Below, piece by piece: positions 35,088-45,619 of a stretch of 64,000 nucleotides of DNA. Source of the DNA: Gemmatimonadota bacterium (GTDB lineage: Bacteria; Gemmatimonadota; Gemmatimonadetes; Palauibacterales; Palauibacteraceae). A program made the position numbers and the translations under genes. Each line of letters opens with the position of its first letter. Within the stretch, counting starts at the first letter, position 1. Below the pieces are notes generated by a model. That model worked only from the letters and a program-made list of their open reading frames with translations, ran no database searches and was not told where the DNA came from. The DNA is taken from NCBI GenBank assembly GCA_032251515.1, contig JAVVDU010000003.1, positions 36,330-100,329 of the forward strand. The letters run 5' to 3'.

Positions 35088-36442
35088 GCCGCTCCCGCAT
35101 CCCGGTGATCGGGGGCGGGCTCGCAGGATCGGAGGCCGCCTGGCAGCTCGCCGAGCGCGGGCACGAGGTGGACCTGTTCGAGATGCGCCCGGAGCGGGAG
35201 ACGCCGGCGCACCGCACGGGCGACCTGGCCGAGGTCGTGTGCACGAACTCCTTCAAGTCGGAGGCCCTGGACACGCCCCACGGCCTCCTGAAGGCCGAGG
35301 CCCGCATGCTGGGCTCCCTGCTCCTCGAGGTGGCCGATGCCACCCGCGTGCCGGCGGGCTCGGCGCTCGCCGTCGACCGGACGCTGTTCGCCCGCGAGGT
35401 GACGCGTCGCGTGGCCGCACACCCCCGGATCCGGCTGCGCCTGGAGGAGGTGACGGAACTGCCGCCCGGGCCGGCCGTCGTCGCCACGGGGCCCCTCACA
35501 TCGGATGCGCTGTCCGAGGCGATCCGCCGCCGGCTCGGCGCGGACAACCTCGCGTTCTTCGACGCGATCGCCCCCATCGTGTCGCGCGAGTCGATTCGCG
35601 AGGAGGCGGCGTGGATGGCCTCGCGGTACGGAAAGGGAGAGGCGGACTACCTGAACTGTCCCCTCGATGAGCCCGGCTACGAGGCGTTCGTGGATGCCCT
35701 GCTGGCGGCGGACGTGCACGAGGGTCACGACTGGGAGGCCGTTTCGTATTTCGAGGGCTGCCTTCCGATCGAGGTGATGGCGCGGCGCGGCCGCGACACG
35801 CTCCGGCACGGGCCGATGCGCCCCGTGGGCCTGCCGGATCCCCGCACGGGTCGGATCCCTCACGCCGTGGTCCAGCTTCGCCGCGAGGACCGAGCCGGCC
35901 GGATGTGGAACCTCGTCGGTTTTCAGACCCGCCTCAGGATCGGCGAGCAGGGCCGGGTATTCCGGCTGATTCCCGGGCTGGAGGAGGCGGAGTTCCTGCG
36001 CTGGGGGGCGATCCACCGCAACTCCTACGTGAACTTCCCGGCCGGGCTCACGCCGCACGGCAGCCCGCCCGACGACCCGGGGCTCCTGCTCGCCGGCCAG
36101 CTCACGGGCGTCGAGGGGTACACGGAGTCCCTGGCCAGCGGGCTCCTGGCCGCGATCCAGGTGGACCGCCTGCTGCAGGGACTCGCGCCCTCGGTCCCGC
36201 CGGCCGACACGATGCTGGGCGGCCTGTACCGCTACCTGCGCGAGGCGGACCCGGCCCACTTCCAGCCGATGAACGCCAACTTCGGTCTGCTCGACCCCGC
36301 GCCCGGCCGGCCGCGCGGCCGGCGGGCCCGGCGGCAGGCGCAGGCGACGCGCGCGATCCGTGCCCTGCGGGACTGGTGCGCCGAGGTGGACTGGCCGGTC
36401 CGGCCCGTCGCGGAGCCGGACCCGGCGGCCTCCGGCGCATGA
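35084..36442 (+). CDS. trmFO: Methylenetetrahydrofolate--tRNA-(uracil-5-)-methyltransferase TrmFO (Gid)
   Basis: The ATG at 35084 overlaps the topA stop (ATGA). FAD motif [18 protein letters not shown], plus VCTNSFKS and [16 protein letters not shown]. Confidence 0.9.
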   Translation: MSRSRIPVIGGGLAGSEAAWQLAERGHEVDLFEMRPERETPAHRTGDLAEVVCTNSFKSEALDTPHGLLKAEARMLGSLLLEVADATRVPAGSALAVDRTLFAREVTRRVAAHPRIRLRLEEVTELPPGPAVVATGPLTSDALSEAIRRRLGADNLAFFDAIAPIVSRESIREEAAWMASRYGKGEADYLNCPLDEPGYEAFVDALLAADVHEGHDWEAVSYFEGCLPIEVMARRGRDTLRHGPMRPVGLPDPRTGRIPHAVVQLRREDRAGRMWNLVGFQTRLRIGEQGRVFRLIPGLEEAEFLRWGAIHRNSYVNFPAGLTPHGSPPDDPGLLLAGQLTGVEGYTESLASGLLAAIQVDRLLQGLAPSVPPADTMLGGLYRYLREADPAHFQPMNANFGLLDPAPGRPRGRRARRQAQATRAIRALRDWCAEVDWPVRPVAEPDPAASGA

Positions 36443-37512
36443 GCTCCGGCGCCGGGCGCCCGGCCGGAGACGCCGGGCCGCGCGACGCGGTGCGCGACTT
36501 CCTGCGCTACGCCGGCCGCGAGCGCCGGCTGTCGCCGCGAACCGTGGAGGGCTACGGACGGGACCTCGAGGACCTGTGCGCGTTCCTCGACCGGCACCGC
36601 GCCTCGCCCTGGCAGTGGGAGGAGATCGATCGGCTCGACCTGCGCTCGTGGCTCGGGTCGCTCGACGCGCGCGGGCTGGCGGGCACGACGATCGCCCGCC
36701 GGCTGTCCGCGGCGCGCGCGCTGTTCCGGTTCCTGCAGCGCACGGGCCGCCAGGAGACCAATCCGGCGGCCGGCATCCGTGCTCCGCGCACCGGTCGCGA
36801 CCTGCCGGGGTGCCTCACCCGGGCGGAGGTGGAGCGGCTGTTCGCGGCCCTGGAGGAGGGACTTCCGGAGGCGGAGGAGGTCGCCGCCGCTCCGGACGCT
36901 CTGCGGGTCGCCGGCGCCCCGGACGCCGCGCGAAGTCCCGGCGCTCCCGGCCGGTCCGCGTCCGCCGAGCGCGCGCGCCGCCGGCGCGACAGGGCGATCC
37001 TCGAGCTGTTCTACTCCTCGGGCCTGCGCCTCGCGGAGCTGCAGGGGCTCGACCTCGCGGACCTCGACCTGGCCGCCCGGCGGGTGCGGGTGCGGGGCAA
37101 GGGCCGCAAGGAGAGGATCGTGCCCGTGGGGGAGCGCGCCGCGCGGGCCATCGCCGCCGGCATCGGCGACCGGCGCGAGGGGCCGCTGTTCCTGTCCGCC
37201 CGGGGGCGCCGGCTGTCCCGCCGCCAGATCCAGCGCATCGTGCGGCGGTGGCTGGAGACGGCATCGCGCGGGGCGGGCCTGTCGGTGCACTCGCTCCGCC
37301 ACAGCTTCGCGACCCATCTCCTAGACGCGGGCGCCGACCTGATGGCCGTGAAGGAGCTGCTCGGACACGCGAGCCTCTCGACGACCCGGGTGTACACACA
37401 TACTTCTCGCCGGAGGCTGATCGAGACCTATCGGCTGGCCCATCCGCGCGCCGGGGCCGGGCCGGGGTCCGACCCCGGGGCGGGGGCAGCGGGAGGCGAA
37501 GGAGAGCGATGA
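36439..37512 (+). CDS. xerC: Tyrosine recombinase XerC/XerD family (CodV-like position)
   Basis: The ATG at 36439 overlaps the trmFO stop. N-terminal SAM-like core-binding domain ([25 protein letters not shown]) and catalytic residues (LRLAEL..., [27 protein letters not shown]). Carries an inserted Ala/Pro-rich segment of about 40 aa. Confidence 0.85.
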   Translation: MSSGAGRPAGDAGPRDAVRDFLRYAGRERRLSPRTVEGYGRDLEDLCAFLDRHRASPWQWEEIDRLDLRSWLGSLDARGLAGTTIARRLSAARALFRFLQRTGRQETNPAAGIRAPRTGRDLPGCLTRAEVERLFAALEEGLPEAEEVAAAPDALRVAGAPDAARSPGAPGRSASAERARRRRDRAILELFYSSGLRLAELQGLDLADLDLAARRVRVRGKGRKERIVPVGERAARAIAAGIGDRREGPLFLSARGRRLSRRQIQRIVRRWLETASRGAGLSVHSLRHSFATHLLDAGADLMAVKELLGHASLSTTRVYTHTSRRRLIETYRLAHPRAGAGPGSDPGAGAAGGEGER

Positions 37513-38054
37513 TGCACGGAACGACGATCCTCTGCGTGCGCCGGGACGGCCGCACGGCGATGGGCGGAGACGGGCAGGTCACGATGGAGGACGCCGTCCT
37601 CAAGGCCCGCGCCCGCAAGGTGCGCCGCATGAAGGGCGGCGAGATCCTCGCCGGGTTCGCCGGAGGCGTGGCCGACGCGCTGACCCTGTTCGAGAAGTTC
37701 GAGTCGCAACTGGAGCGCCACCCGGCGAACCTGACCCGGGCCGCGGTGGAGCTGGCCAAGGAATGGCGGAGCGACCGCGTGCTCCGCCGCCTCGAGGCCC
37801 TCCTGGTGGTGGCCGACCGCGAACGGACCCTGCTCGTCTCGGGCAACGGCGAGGTCATCGAGCCGGACGACGGGGTCCTCGCGGTGGGGTCGGGCGGTTC
37901 CTACGCCCTCGCGGCGGCGCGGGCGCTGCTCGCGCACTCGGACCTCGCGGCCCCGGACCTGGTCGGCGAGGCGCTGCGCATCGCGGCGGGCATCTGCGTG
38001 TACACGAACGACAACCTCACCGTCCTGGAGCTGGACGGAGAGGAGGACGGATGA
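37509..38054 (+). CDS. hslV: ATP-dependent protease subunit HslV (ClpQ)
   Basis: The ATG at 37509 overlaps the xerC stop. [14 protein letters not shown] (N-terminal Thr nucleophile context), [38 protein letters not shown]. Confidence 0.9.
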   Translation: MMHGTTILCVRRDGRTAMGGDGQVTMEDAVLKARARKVRRMKGGEILAGFAGGVADALTLFEKFESQLERHPANLTRAAVELAKEWRSDRVLRRLEALLVVADRERTLLVSGNGEVIEPDDGVLAVGSGGSYALAAARALLAHSDLAAPDLVGEALRIAAGICVYTNDNLTVLELDGEEDG

Positions 38055-39496
38055 CCCGGGAGACGGACGCGCGGCCGGCGTTCGCGGCCCTCACGCCGCG
38101 CCAGGTCGTCGCCGAGCTGGATCGCTACATCATCGGGCAGGACGACGCGAAGCGGGCCGTGGCGATCGCCCTGCGCAACCGCTGGCGGCGCCGCAACGTC
38201 TCCGACGAGCTGCGCGACGAGATCCTCCCGAACAACATCATCATGATCGGGCCGACCGGGGTCGGTAAGACCGAGATCGCCCGCCGCCTGGCTCGCCTGG
38301 CCGGGGCGCCGTTCGTGAAGGTGGAGGCCTCGAAGTTCACCGAGGTCGGGTACGTGGGCCGGGACGTGGAGTCCATGGTGCGCGACCTGGTGGAGATCGC
38401 CGTGAACCTGGTGCGGACGGAACGCGAGGAGGAGTGCCGCGACGCCGCGGCCGCCCGGACGGAGGAGCGGATCCTCGACCTCCTGCTGCCGCCGCTCGCA
38501 GAGCCCGAGGCTCCGAGCGGGAACGGGGAAGTCGGGGCCGCTCCACGCACCTTCGTGAGTGGCACGGCCGGCGTGGCGGTGGCCGGCGACGATGACCCGG
38601 GCGAGGCGCGCCGCCGCCGGACGCGTGACAAGCTGCGTGGCCTGCTGCGGGACGGCCATCTCGAGGACCGCGAAGTCGAGGTGGAGGTGTCCGAGAGCGC
38701 GTTCCCGGCGATCGACCTGGGCGCCGGGGGGATGGAGGGGCTCGACTTCCAGCTCGGGGAAGTGTTCCGGGACATGCTCCCGCGCCGGACGAAGCGACGG
38801 ACCGTCACGGTGTCCGAGGCACGTCGCATCCTCCTGTCCGAGGAGCTGGAGCGACTCGTGGACATGGACGACGTGGTGGAGGAGGCGCTGGAGCGGGCCG
38901 CGACGATGGGGATCATCTTCCTCGACGAGCTGGACAAGGTGGCCGGGCGATCGGGTCCCGCGGGCGGACCGGACGTGTCGCGCGAAGGAGTGCAGCGCGA
39001 CCTGCTTCCCATCGTCGAGGGGTCCACGGTCCAGACGAAGTACGGCCTGGTCAGCACGGACCACATCCTGTTCATCGCGGCCGGGGCGTTCCACGTCAGC
39101 CGCCCCTCGGACCTGATCCCCGAGCTGCAGGGCAGGTTTCCCATTCGCGTCGAGCTCTCCAGCCTCGACGAGAGGGACTTCGTGCGGATCCTCCTCGAAC
39201 CGCGCAACGCGCTGCTGACCCAGTACCAGGCGCTGGTGGCCACCGAGGGCGCGACGCTGGAGTTCTCTCCGGAAGCGATCGAGGAGATCGCCCGCATCGC
39301 CGCGGAGGTGAACCGCCGTTCGGAGAACATAGGGGCCCGCCGCCTCCACACGGTGCTCACCACGCTGCTGGACGACATCATGTTCGCGCTTCCGGACGAG
39401 GGCGCCGGAGGTAGCTTCCGGCTCGATGCCCCGGATGTCCGCGAGCGGCTGGCCCGGATCGTCGAGGACGACGATCTTCGGCGCTACATTCTCTGA
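38051..39496 (+). CDS. hslU: ATP-dependent protease ATPase subunit HslU (ClpY)
   Basis: The ATG at 38051 overlaps the hslV stop. [34 protein letters not shown], Walker [40 protein letters not shown]. Confidence 0.9.
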   Translation: MTRETDARPAFAALTPRQVVAELDRYIIGQDDAKRAVAIALRNRWRRRNVSDELRDEILPNNIIMIGPTGVGKTEIARRLARLAGAPFVKVEASKFTEVGYVGRDVESMVRDLVEIAVNLVRTEREEECRDAAAARTEERILDLLLPPLAEPEAPSGNGEVGAAPRTFVSGTAGVAVAGDDDPGEARRRRTRDKLRGLLRDGHLEDREVEVEVSESAFPAIDLGAGGMEGLDFQLGEVFRDMLPRRTKRRTVTVSEARRILLSEELERLVDMDDVVEEALERAATMGIIFLDELDKVAGRSGPAGGPDVSREGVQRDLLPIVEGSTVQTKYGLVSTDHILFIAAGAFHVSRPSDLIPELQGRFPIRVELSSLDERDFVRILLEPRNALLTQYQALVATEGATLEFSPEAIEEIARIAAEVNRRSENIGARRLHTVLTTLLDDIMFALPDEGAGGSFRLDAPDVRERLARIVEDDDLRRYIL

Positions 39497-39561
39497 TCTC
39501 TCCCGGGTCTCCGCCGTAACCGGCGGGACCGGCGATACCCACGAACCGGGAGGTCCCGGCC

Positions 39562-40668
39562 ATGAGTGACCTGAAGCATACCCCCCTGTACGACGCGCAC
39601 GTGGCGCTCGGCGGCAGGATGGTTCCGTTCGCGGGCTTCGCGATGCCCGTGCAGTACCCCTCGGGAATCCGCGCCGAGCACGAAGCGGTGCGCACGGCGG
39701 CGGGCCTGTTCGACGTCTCTCACATGGGCGAGTTCCTCGTCACCGGGCCCGACGCGCTGGACTTCGTGTCGTACGCGACGTCCAACGACCCGGCGCGGCT
39801 GTCCGAGGGACAGGTGCAGTACAGCGTGATGTGCCTCGAGAGCGGGGGGATCGTGGACGACCTGCTCGTCTACCGGCTCGGCGACCAGCGCTTCCGGCTC
39901 GTCGTCAACGCCGCGAACCTCCCGAAGGACTGGGAGCACCTGTCGGACCTCTCCGGACGGTTCGACGTCCAACTCGAGGACGAGAGCGACCGGATCGGAC
40001 TGGTCGCCCTGCAGGGCCCGCAGGCCCAGGCGATCCTCGCGCCGCTCGCTTCCGAGGAGCTGGACCCGATCGGATTCTACGAGTTCGTGTCGGGCCAGGT
40101 GGCGGGAGTTCCAGGCGTGATCAGCCGCACCGGATACACGGGCGAGGATGGCTTCGAGCTGTACGTGCCCGCCGGGCGGACGCTCGCGCTGTGGGCCGCG
40201 CTCCTCGAGGCCGGCGAGCCGCACGGCCTCGTCCCGGCGGGCCTGGGGGCGCGCGACTCCCTGCGCCTCGAGATGGGCTACGCCTTGTACGGGAACGACA
40301 TCGACGAGGAGACCACTCCGCTCGAGGCCGGCCTGGGCTGGCTGGTGAAGCTCGCCAAGGACGACTTCCACGGGAAGGCCGCTCTCGAGCGCCAGAAGGC
40401 GGAGGGCCTGCGCCGCCGCCTGCGCGGGTTTCGCCTCGACGGCCAGGGGTTTCCGCGTCCGGGCTACGACCTGGTGTTCGGCGGCGAGGTGGTCGGCCCC
40501 GTGCGCTCCGGCACGGTCAGCCCCACGCTCGGCGTGGGGATCGGAACGGCGTACCTGCCCGCGGATGCGGCGCCCGGCGACTCGCTGGCCGTCCGGATTC
40601 GAGGCCGCGACATCGAGGGCCACGTGGCGAAGCTGCCGTTCTGGGACCGCGGATCGGTCCGCAAGTGA
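39562..40668 (+). CDS. gcvT: Glycine cleavage system aminomethyltransferase T
   Basis: [64 protein letters not shown]. Confidence 0.9.
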   Translation: MSDLKHTPLYDAHVALGGRMVPFAGFAMPVQYPSGIRAEHEAVRTAAGLFDVSHMGEFLVTGPDALDFVSYATSNDPARLSEGQVQYSVMCLESGGIVDDLLVYRLGDQRFRLVVNAANLPKDWEHLSDLSGRFDVQLEDESDRIGLVALQGPQAQAILAPLASEELDPIGFYEFVSGQVAGVPGVISRTGYTGEDGFELYVPAGRTLALWAALLEAGEPHGLVPAGLGARDSLRLEMGYALYGNDIDEETTPLEAGLGWLVKLAKDDFHGKAALERQKAEGLRRRLRGFRLDGQGFPRPGYDLVFGGEVVGPVRSGTVSPTLGVGIGTAYLPADAAPGDSLAVRIRGRDIEGHVAKLPFWDRGSVRK

Positions 40669-40678
40669 GACGGGGGCG

Positions 40679-40733
40679 GTGAACGGGCCGTGAACGGGCG
40701 GTGAACGGGCCGTGAGCGGGTGGTGAACGGAAC
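40679..40733. repeat. Five tandem copies of an 11-bp unit (GTGAACGGGCC-like) filling the gcvT-mogA intergenic region
   Basis: Read directly: gtgaacgggcc gtgaacgggcg gtgaacgggcc gtgagcgggtg gtgaacggaac, ending 1 nt before the ATG at 40735. A degenerate sixth unit (gtgagacgggggcg) includes the gcvT stop codon. Confidence 0.9.
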
Positions 40734-40734
40734 G

Positions 40735-41223
40735 ATGACCCTGCGGATCGGGATCCTCACGGTCTCCGACGGCGTGGCGCGCGGCACGCGCGAGGACCGC
40801 ACGGGCCCGGCCATCGCCCGCCGGGCCGAGGCAGAGGGCTGGCGCGCCGGGCCCCGCGCGGTCGTGCCCGACGAGGCGGCCGACATCGCGGCCGTGCTCG
40901 CGGCGTGGGCGGACGGGGATGCGTGCGACCTCCTGGTCACCACCGGCGGCACGGGGCTGTCGCCGCGGGACGTCACCCCGGAAGCCACCCGGAGCGTGCT
41001 CGATCGCGAGGCCCCGGGGATCGCGGAGGCGCTGCGGCTGTCGGGTCTGCGCCAGACGCCGGCCGCGGCGCTCGGCCGAGGCCTCGCGGGAAGCCGCGGG
41101 CGCACGCTGATCGTGAACCTGCCGGGGAGCCCGGCGGCCGTGGCCGACGGGCTCGACGTGCTGGCGCCGATCGCCGCGCACGCGGTCGCGCTCCTGCGGG
41201 GCCACGACGTGCGCCATGAGTGA
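40735..41223 (+). CDS. mog: Molybdopterin adenylyltransferase / MoaB-MogA family protein
   Basis: MTLRIGILTVSDG..., DLLVTTGGTGLSPRDVTPEAT, GRTLIVNLPGSP. The ORF track starts at a GTG at 40720, which lies inside the tandem repeat, so I prefer the ATG at 40735. Confidence 0.8.
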   Translation: MTLRIGILTVSDGVARGTREDRTGPAIARRAEAEGWRAGPRAVVPDEAADIAAVLAAWADGDACDLLVTTGGTGLSPRDVTPEATRSVLDREAPGIAEALRLSGLRQTPAAALGRGLAGSRGRTLIVNLPGSPAAVADGLDVLAPIAAHAVALLRGHDVRHE

Positions 41224-41235
41224 GGAGCGGGAGGC

Positions 41236-42891
41236 ATGGCCCGAGTCCTGATCGACGAGCGCGACATGGAGGCCGCGGTCCTCGTCCGCCGGGCCGCGGG
41301 GGCCGACGGCCATGAGACCATCCTGGTGGGCGGGGCCGACGAAGCGGATCTCCACCTGGGTGGCGACGAGCCGGTCGCGCTCGTGCTCACGGGCTCTCCC
41401 GATGCGCCCGCCACGCGCAGGCTGCTGAGCACGGCTGACGGCCACGTGCCCCGTCCTCCCGTCCTCGCCGTGTGCGAGGCGCAGATCGCGAGGGACCTGC
41501 GCGGCGGCGAGCGGGCCGAGGAATTCGACGACATCGTCGGTCTCCCGGCGAGCCTGGAGGAGATCCAGGTCTCGCTCGCGCAGCAGCTGGAACGGTACGA
41601 GCTCCAGGTCGTCACGGGCATCATCGGCCGCACGGAGGGCATCCGCGAGGCGCTGGGTCGCGTGCGGATGTTCGCGCCCGTCGGCACGACGGTGCTGATC
41701 ACGGGTGAGAGCGGGACGGGAAAGGAGCTGGCGGCCCGCGGCATCCACCGCCTGTCGCCGCGGCGGTCCCGCCCGTTCATCGCCGTGAACTGCGCCGCGA
41801 TGCCCGAGACCCTGCTCGAATCCGAGCTGTTCGGGCACGAGAAGGGAGCGTTCACGGGGGCGACCTCGCGGCGCCGCGGCATGTTCGAGCTGGCGGACGG
41901 GGGAACGCTCTTCCTGGACGAGATCGGCGAGATGCCGATTCCGCTCCAGACCCGGCTGCTGCGCGTCCTCGAGGCCCGCCGCTTCATGCGCGTGGGCGGC
42001 GACGTGGAGATCGAGGTGGACGTCCGCGTGATCGCGGCGACGAACCGCGACCTGCGCGAGGCGGTCCGGGACGGGACGTTCCGGCGCGACCTGTACTACC
42101 GCCTGCACGTCCTGCACATGGAGATGCCGCCGCTGCGCGAGCGGCCCTCGGACATCCACATCCTCGTGCGCGGGTTCATCGAGGAGTTCACCCGGCGGCA
42201 CGACCGCGAGTTCCGCGGACTGTCGAGCGACGCGATGCAGATTCTCCTCGACTACGCCTGGCCGGGCAACGTGCGGGAGCTGCGCAACCTCATCGAGTCG
42301 ATGGTCGTCCTCGCGCCGGGCAAGGTGATCCGGCCCGCCGACATCCCCGCCGAGATCCGCACCTCGAGCGGCCGGACCCTGCTGCCCGTGCGGGCGGGGG
42401 GCGCGGCGGCGGATCGGCCGGCGGGCGGCGACGCCGAAGACGGCGGGCTTCCCGCGCTGCGGCTGCCGGAAATGGAGTTTCTGTTCCGGACGCTGGTGGA
42501 GATGAAGATCGACCTGGAGGACCTGCGCACCGAGTTCGAGAGGTTTCGCCGCCGACATGCCGTGCGGGACGGGAACGACGAAGATGGCGAGGACGTGGCC
42601 GCCGGGCGGGAGCTGGCGGGCCGGGAGCTACGGGCGATCGAGATCGCGTCCTCGGACTGGCCGGAGTCGCTGTCCGGCCGGACCGGCGAGCCGGACGCGG
42701 ACGACGGAGCGGAGACCGCTCCCCCCTCCATCGAGCTGGCGCCCGGGATGACGATGCACGACATCGAGCGCGAGGCCATCGTCATCGCGCTGCGGGAGGT
42801 CGGAGGTAACCGGCGCCGGGCGGCGGAGCGGCTGGGGATCGGCGAGCGGACGCTTTACCGGAAGCTCAAGGAGTACGGGATCGACGGCTGA
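41236..42891 (+). CDS. Sigma-54-dependent transcriptional activator with a degenerate (pseudo-)receiver N-terminal domain
   Basis: AAA+ sigma-54 interaction domain ([42 protein letters not shown]) and a C-terminal Fis-type HTH (NRRRAAERLGIGERTLYRKLKEY). The N-terminal ~120 aa are receiver-like, but the expected phospho-acceptor Asp (VALVLTGSPD) and the conserved Lys (IVGLPAS) appear to be substituted. Confidence 0.85.
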   Translation: MARVLIDERDMEAAVLVRRAAGADGHETILVGGADEADLHLGGDEPVALVLTGSPDAPATRRLLSTADGHVPRPPVLAVCEAQIARDLRGGERAEEFDDIVGLPASLEEIQVSLAQQLERYELQVVTGIIGRTEGIREALGRVRMFAPVGTTVLITGESGTGKELAARGIHRLSPRRSRPFIAVNCAAMPETLLESELFGHEKGAFTGATSRRRGMFELADGGTLFLDEIGEMPIPLQTRLLRVLEARRFMRVGGDVEIEVDVRVIAATNRDLREAVRDGTFRRDLYYRLHVLHMEMPPLRERPSDIHILVRGFIEEFTRRHDREFRGLSSDAMQILLDYAWPGNVRELRNLIESMVVLAPGKVIRPADIPAEIRTSSGRTLLPVRAGGAAADRPAGGDAEDGGLPALRLPEMEFLFRTLVEMKIDLEDLRTEFERFRRRHAVRDGNDEDGEDVAAGRELAGRELRAIEIASSDWPESLSGRTGEPDADDGAETAPPSIELAPGMTMHDIEREAIVIALREVGGNRRRAAERLGIGERTLYRKLKEYGIDG

Positions 42892-42975
42892 GCGGGGCGC
42901 CCTGCCCGTCGCGGTGTCCTCCCCAGCGTCCTCCCTCGCATTCCCCCCGCGTACTTTCCCGCGCGCCGGCGCCGG

Positions 42976-43710
42976 TCACGGCGATTCCTCCGTGACGGCG
43001 CCTCCCGTGCGCGACAGCACGATCGACAGCTCCTCGTCCAGCCGCCGACGGATGCCGGTCCACCGGGATGACACCGCGCCCTGGTAGTCCAGCGTGAGCG
43101 GCAGGTCGAGGTCGATGTCGCCCTCGTACAGGTACAGGGCGAACTGCACGTCCTGCTGCCGCAGGCGTTCCCGGGTGAAGCCCGGCGTGATCGGGAGGAT
43201 CTCGATCGGCCGGAACACGAAGTTCTGGTTCCGGACCTGCAGGTCGTAAGGCTCGTAGCTGTCCTCGTAGGCCCGGGTGAAGAAGGTGACGAGCATCACG
43301 AGCGGCCAGTCCCGCATGCCGGCCCGCGCCGCCGCCCGCAGAATCTCTTCCCCCCGCGCCACCTTGTGGCTCTTCAGGCGCTCGTACGTGTCCGGCGCGG
43401 TGAGCCGGATGACCCACTCCTGCAGCGGCGTGGCCTTGATGCGGAGCGTCCCCGCCTCCAGCGGGACCGTGATGTCGTCCTGGGAGAGCGTGCCGTAGCC
43501 CGGCGGCGCCATCTGGTTCGAGCTCGTGCGCTCGAGGTCGGGCGACCACCCGGCCTCCTGCGCCGCGGCCTCACGGACCCCGCCGGTCGCGGGGCCGGAG
43601 GACGGGACCGGGGCACCGCCGCAGGCGGCCCCTGTAGCGAGAAGCCCGAACAGCATCCCGGCCCGGAAGGCCGAGGGCGGAATTCTCCGGAACGGACGTG
43701 GAGCGCTCAC
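42976..43710 (-). CDS. Hypothetical lipoprotein
   Basis: Signal peptide plus lipobox ([12 protein letters not shown]). The GTG start at 43710 overlaps the engB stop (GTGA). I recognise no family. Confidence 0.55.
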   Translation of the reverse strand: MSAPRPFRRIPPSAFRAGMLFGLLATGAACGGAPVPSSGPATGGVREAAAQEAGWSPDLERTSSNQMAPPGYGTLSQDDITVPLEAGTLRIKATPLQEWVIRLTAPDTYERLKSHKVARGEEILRAAARAGMRDWPLVMLVTFFTRAYEDSYEPYDLQVRNQNFVFRPIEILPITPGFTRERLRQQDVQFALYLYEGDIDLDLPLTLDYQGAVSSRWTGIRRRLDEELSIVLSRTGGAVTEESP

Positions 43711-44342
43711 GTGTTTCCTCCCTGTTCGTCGTCCACGAGCCCGTACAGTGCATCGACCAGCGCCTGGACGCCATCCCCGGTGCGGGCCGAGGTGGCCACC
43801 ACCTGGTCCGCCGGCAGGTCGAGGGCGGCCTGCAGGTCCCGCACCGCCTTCTGCCGTCCGCTGCGGTTCAGCTTGTCGACCTTCGTGAGGGCGAACAGCA
43901 CCGGCAATCCCCCTCCTGCCACGTAGCCGAGCAGGTGGCGATCCGCCTCCTGCAGTCCGCGGCGGCAGTCCACCAGGACCACCAGCCCCCGCAGGCGGGC
44001 GTTGTCCTGCAGGTAGGTCTCCATGAGGCTTCGCCAGGTTGCGCGCACGGCCTCGGGCGCCCGCGCGAAGCCGTAGCCCGGCAGGTCGACGAGAAAGAAC
44101 CGCCCGTCGATCCGGAAGAAGTTGACTTCCCGCGTGCGGCCCGGAGTGCCGGAGACGCGCGCCAGCCGCTTCCGGCCCACCATGGCGTTGATCAGGCTGG
44201 ACTTCCCGACGTTCGAGCGGCCCGCGACCGCGATTTCCGGCAGGTCTCCCGGGGGTGCCTGCCCCGGCTGGCCGATCGCGCCGGCGAATTCGACGTCACG
44301 GACCCGGGCCCCCGGCGAGGGACGATCGGCACCGGGTGTCAC
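43707..44342 (-). CDS. engB: Ribosome-biogenesis GTPase EngB/YihA/YsxC
   Basis: C-terminal 211 aa of merged ORF 43707..45491, with GTG at 44342. [20 protein letters not shown] (G1), [10 protein letters not shown] (G3), TKVDKL (G4). Confidence 0.85.
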   Translation of the reverse strand: MTPGADRPSPGARVRDVEFAGAIGQPGQAPPGDLPEIAVAGRSNVGKSSLINAMVGRKRLARVSGTPGRTREVNFFRIDGRFFLVDLPGYGFARAPEAVRATWRSLMETYLQDNARLRGLVVLVDCRRGLQEADRHLLGYVAGGGLPVLFALTKVDKLNRSGRQKAVRDLQAALDLPADQVVATSARTGDGVQALVDALYGLVDDEQGGNT

Positions 44343-44353
44343 GGCGGCGCCGG

Positions 44354-45589
44354 TCAGGCCTTCCGACGCTGGGTTTCCGGCTCGAGGATGAGCAACGGAT
44401 CCGCTCCGTCCTCGATCGTCTCCCGCGTGATCACCACTTCGCGGACATCGTCGCGCGACGGCAGCTGGTACATGATCTCGAGCATCACGCGCTCCAGGAC
44501 GGCCCGCAAACCGCGGGCGCCCGTGCCCCGCTCGATCGTCTTCCGGGCCACCGCGTCGAGGGCGCGCGGGTCGAACGTCAGGCCGACGCCCTCCAGCTCG
44601 AACATCTTCTGGTACTGCTTGACGAGGGCGTTCTTCGGTCGCTGCAGGATCTCGACCATCGCCGCCTCGTCGAGCTCGTGCAGCGTGACGATCACGGGCA
44701 GACGTCCCACGAGCTCGGGGATCAGGCCGAATCGGAGCAGGTCCTCGGGCTCCACGTGCCGGAGCGGGTCCTTGCCGCTCTCTCGCGGGCCGTCCTCGTC
44801 GCCGAAGCCGATCTGGCGCTTGCCCAGCCGCCGCTCGACGATCTCCTCCAGTCCGTCGAACGCCCCGCCGCAGATGAACAGGATGTTCCGCGTGTCGATC
44901 TGGATGTACTCCTGCTGCGGGTGCTTCCGGCCGCCCTGGGGCGGCACGGAGGCCACGGTCCCCTCGAGGATCTTGAGGAGAGCCTGCTGAACCCCCTCGC
45001 CGCTCACGTCGCGCGTGATCGAGGGGTTCTCGCTTTTGCGGGCGATCTTGTCGAGCTCGTCCACGTAGACGATGCCACGCTCGCACTCGGCGATGTTGTA
45101 GTCTCCGGCCTGCAGCAGGCGGACGAGGATGTTCTCCACGTCCTCGCCGACGTACCCGGCCTCCGTGAGCGTCGTGGCGTCGGCGATCGTGAAAGGCACC
45201 TGCAGCATGCGGGCGAGGGTCTGCGCCAGCAGCGTCTTGCCCACTCCCGTCGGCCCCAGCAGGAGAATGTTGGATTTCTCGATCTCGACGTCGTCGATCA
45301 GGCTGCGGTGGTTGATCCGCTTGTAGTGGTTGTAGACCGCGACGGCGAGGCTCTTCTTGGCGTCCTCCTGGCCGATCACGTACTCGTCCAGGACCCCCTT
45401 GATCTCCTCCGGGCTCAGGACCTCGGCGATCTCGGCGGCCGCCTCGCGGTCTTCCTCCTCGGCGAGGATCTCGTTGCAGAGGGAGATGCACTCGTTGCAG
45501 ATGTAGACGTTCGGCCCCGAGATGAACTTCTTGACGCTGTCCTTCGACTTCCCGCAGAACGAGCAGCGAAGGTGCTTGTCACCGGCCAT
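44354..45589 (-). CDS. clpX: ATP-dependent Clp protease ATP-binding subunit ClpX
   Basis: Zinc-binding N-terminus CSFCGKS...YICNECI, Walker [36 protein letters not shown]. Confidence 0.95.
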   Translation of the reverse strand: MAGDKHLRCSFCGKSKDSVKKFISGPNVYICNECISLCNEILAEEEDREAAAEIAEVLSPEEIKGVLDEYVIGQEDAKKSLAVAVYNHYKRINHRSLIDDVEIEKSNILLLGPTGVGKTLLAQTLARMLQVPFTIADATTLTEAGYVGEDVENILVRLLQAGDYNIAECERGIVYVDELDKIARKSENPSITRDVSGEGVQQALLKILEGTVASVPPQGGRKHPQQEYIQIDTRNILFICGGAFDGLEEIVERRLGKRQIGFGDEDGPRESGKDPLRHVEPEDLLRFGLIPELVGRLPVIVTLHELDEAAMVEILQRPKNALVKQYQKMFELEGVGLTFDPRALDAVARKTIERGTGARGLRAVLERVMLEIMYQLPSRDDVREVVITRETIEDGADPLLILEPETQRRKA

Positions 45590-45619
45590 GTGCGTCTCTC
45601 CCTCCCCGCGCCGGGGAAC

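Noticed and set aside
36439-37512. Tyrosine recombinase as a marker of an integrated mobile element (with tRNA-Leu at 47726 as a possible att site).
   Set aside because: The recombinase sits in the conserved housekeeping topA-trmFO-xerC-hslVU array, 10 kb from the tRNA. The tRNA is followed by the conserved tig-clpPX operon. I saw no flanking direct repeat of the tRNA 3' end and no phage or transposon genes.
39497-39561. Possible glycine riboswitch upstream of gcvT.
   Set aside because: The intergenic region is only 65 nt, and I could not find the conserved glycine-aptamer core sequences. What I do see is one small hairpin (CCGCCG-taac-CGGCGG) and a possible CTCCCGG/CCGGGAG pairing that overlaps the Shine-Dalgarno sequence. 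That is too weak to call.
40679-40733. Tandem repeats as a CRISPR array.
   Set aside because: The units are 11 bp and directly abutting, with no spacers, and there are no cas genes. This is a simple tandem repeat, not a CRISPR array.
39484-42558. 1024-aa minus-strand ORF, and similar off-frame ORFs such as 1224..3701 (minus), 33083..35083 (plus, upstream part of the trmFO frame), 44255..47776 (plus) and 49347..52562 (plus, upstream part of the nupC frame).
   Set aside because: Same reasoning as above. They are antisense or off-frame to well-supported genes (gcvT, mogA, the sigma-54 activator, serA, topA, clpX/clpP/tig, dnaK), and their composition is low-complexity and Arg-rich.
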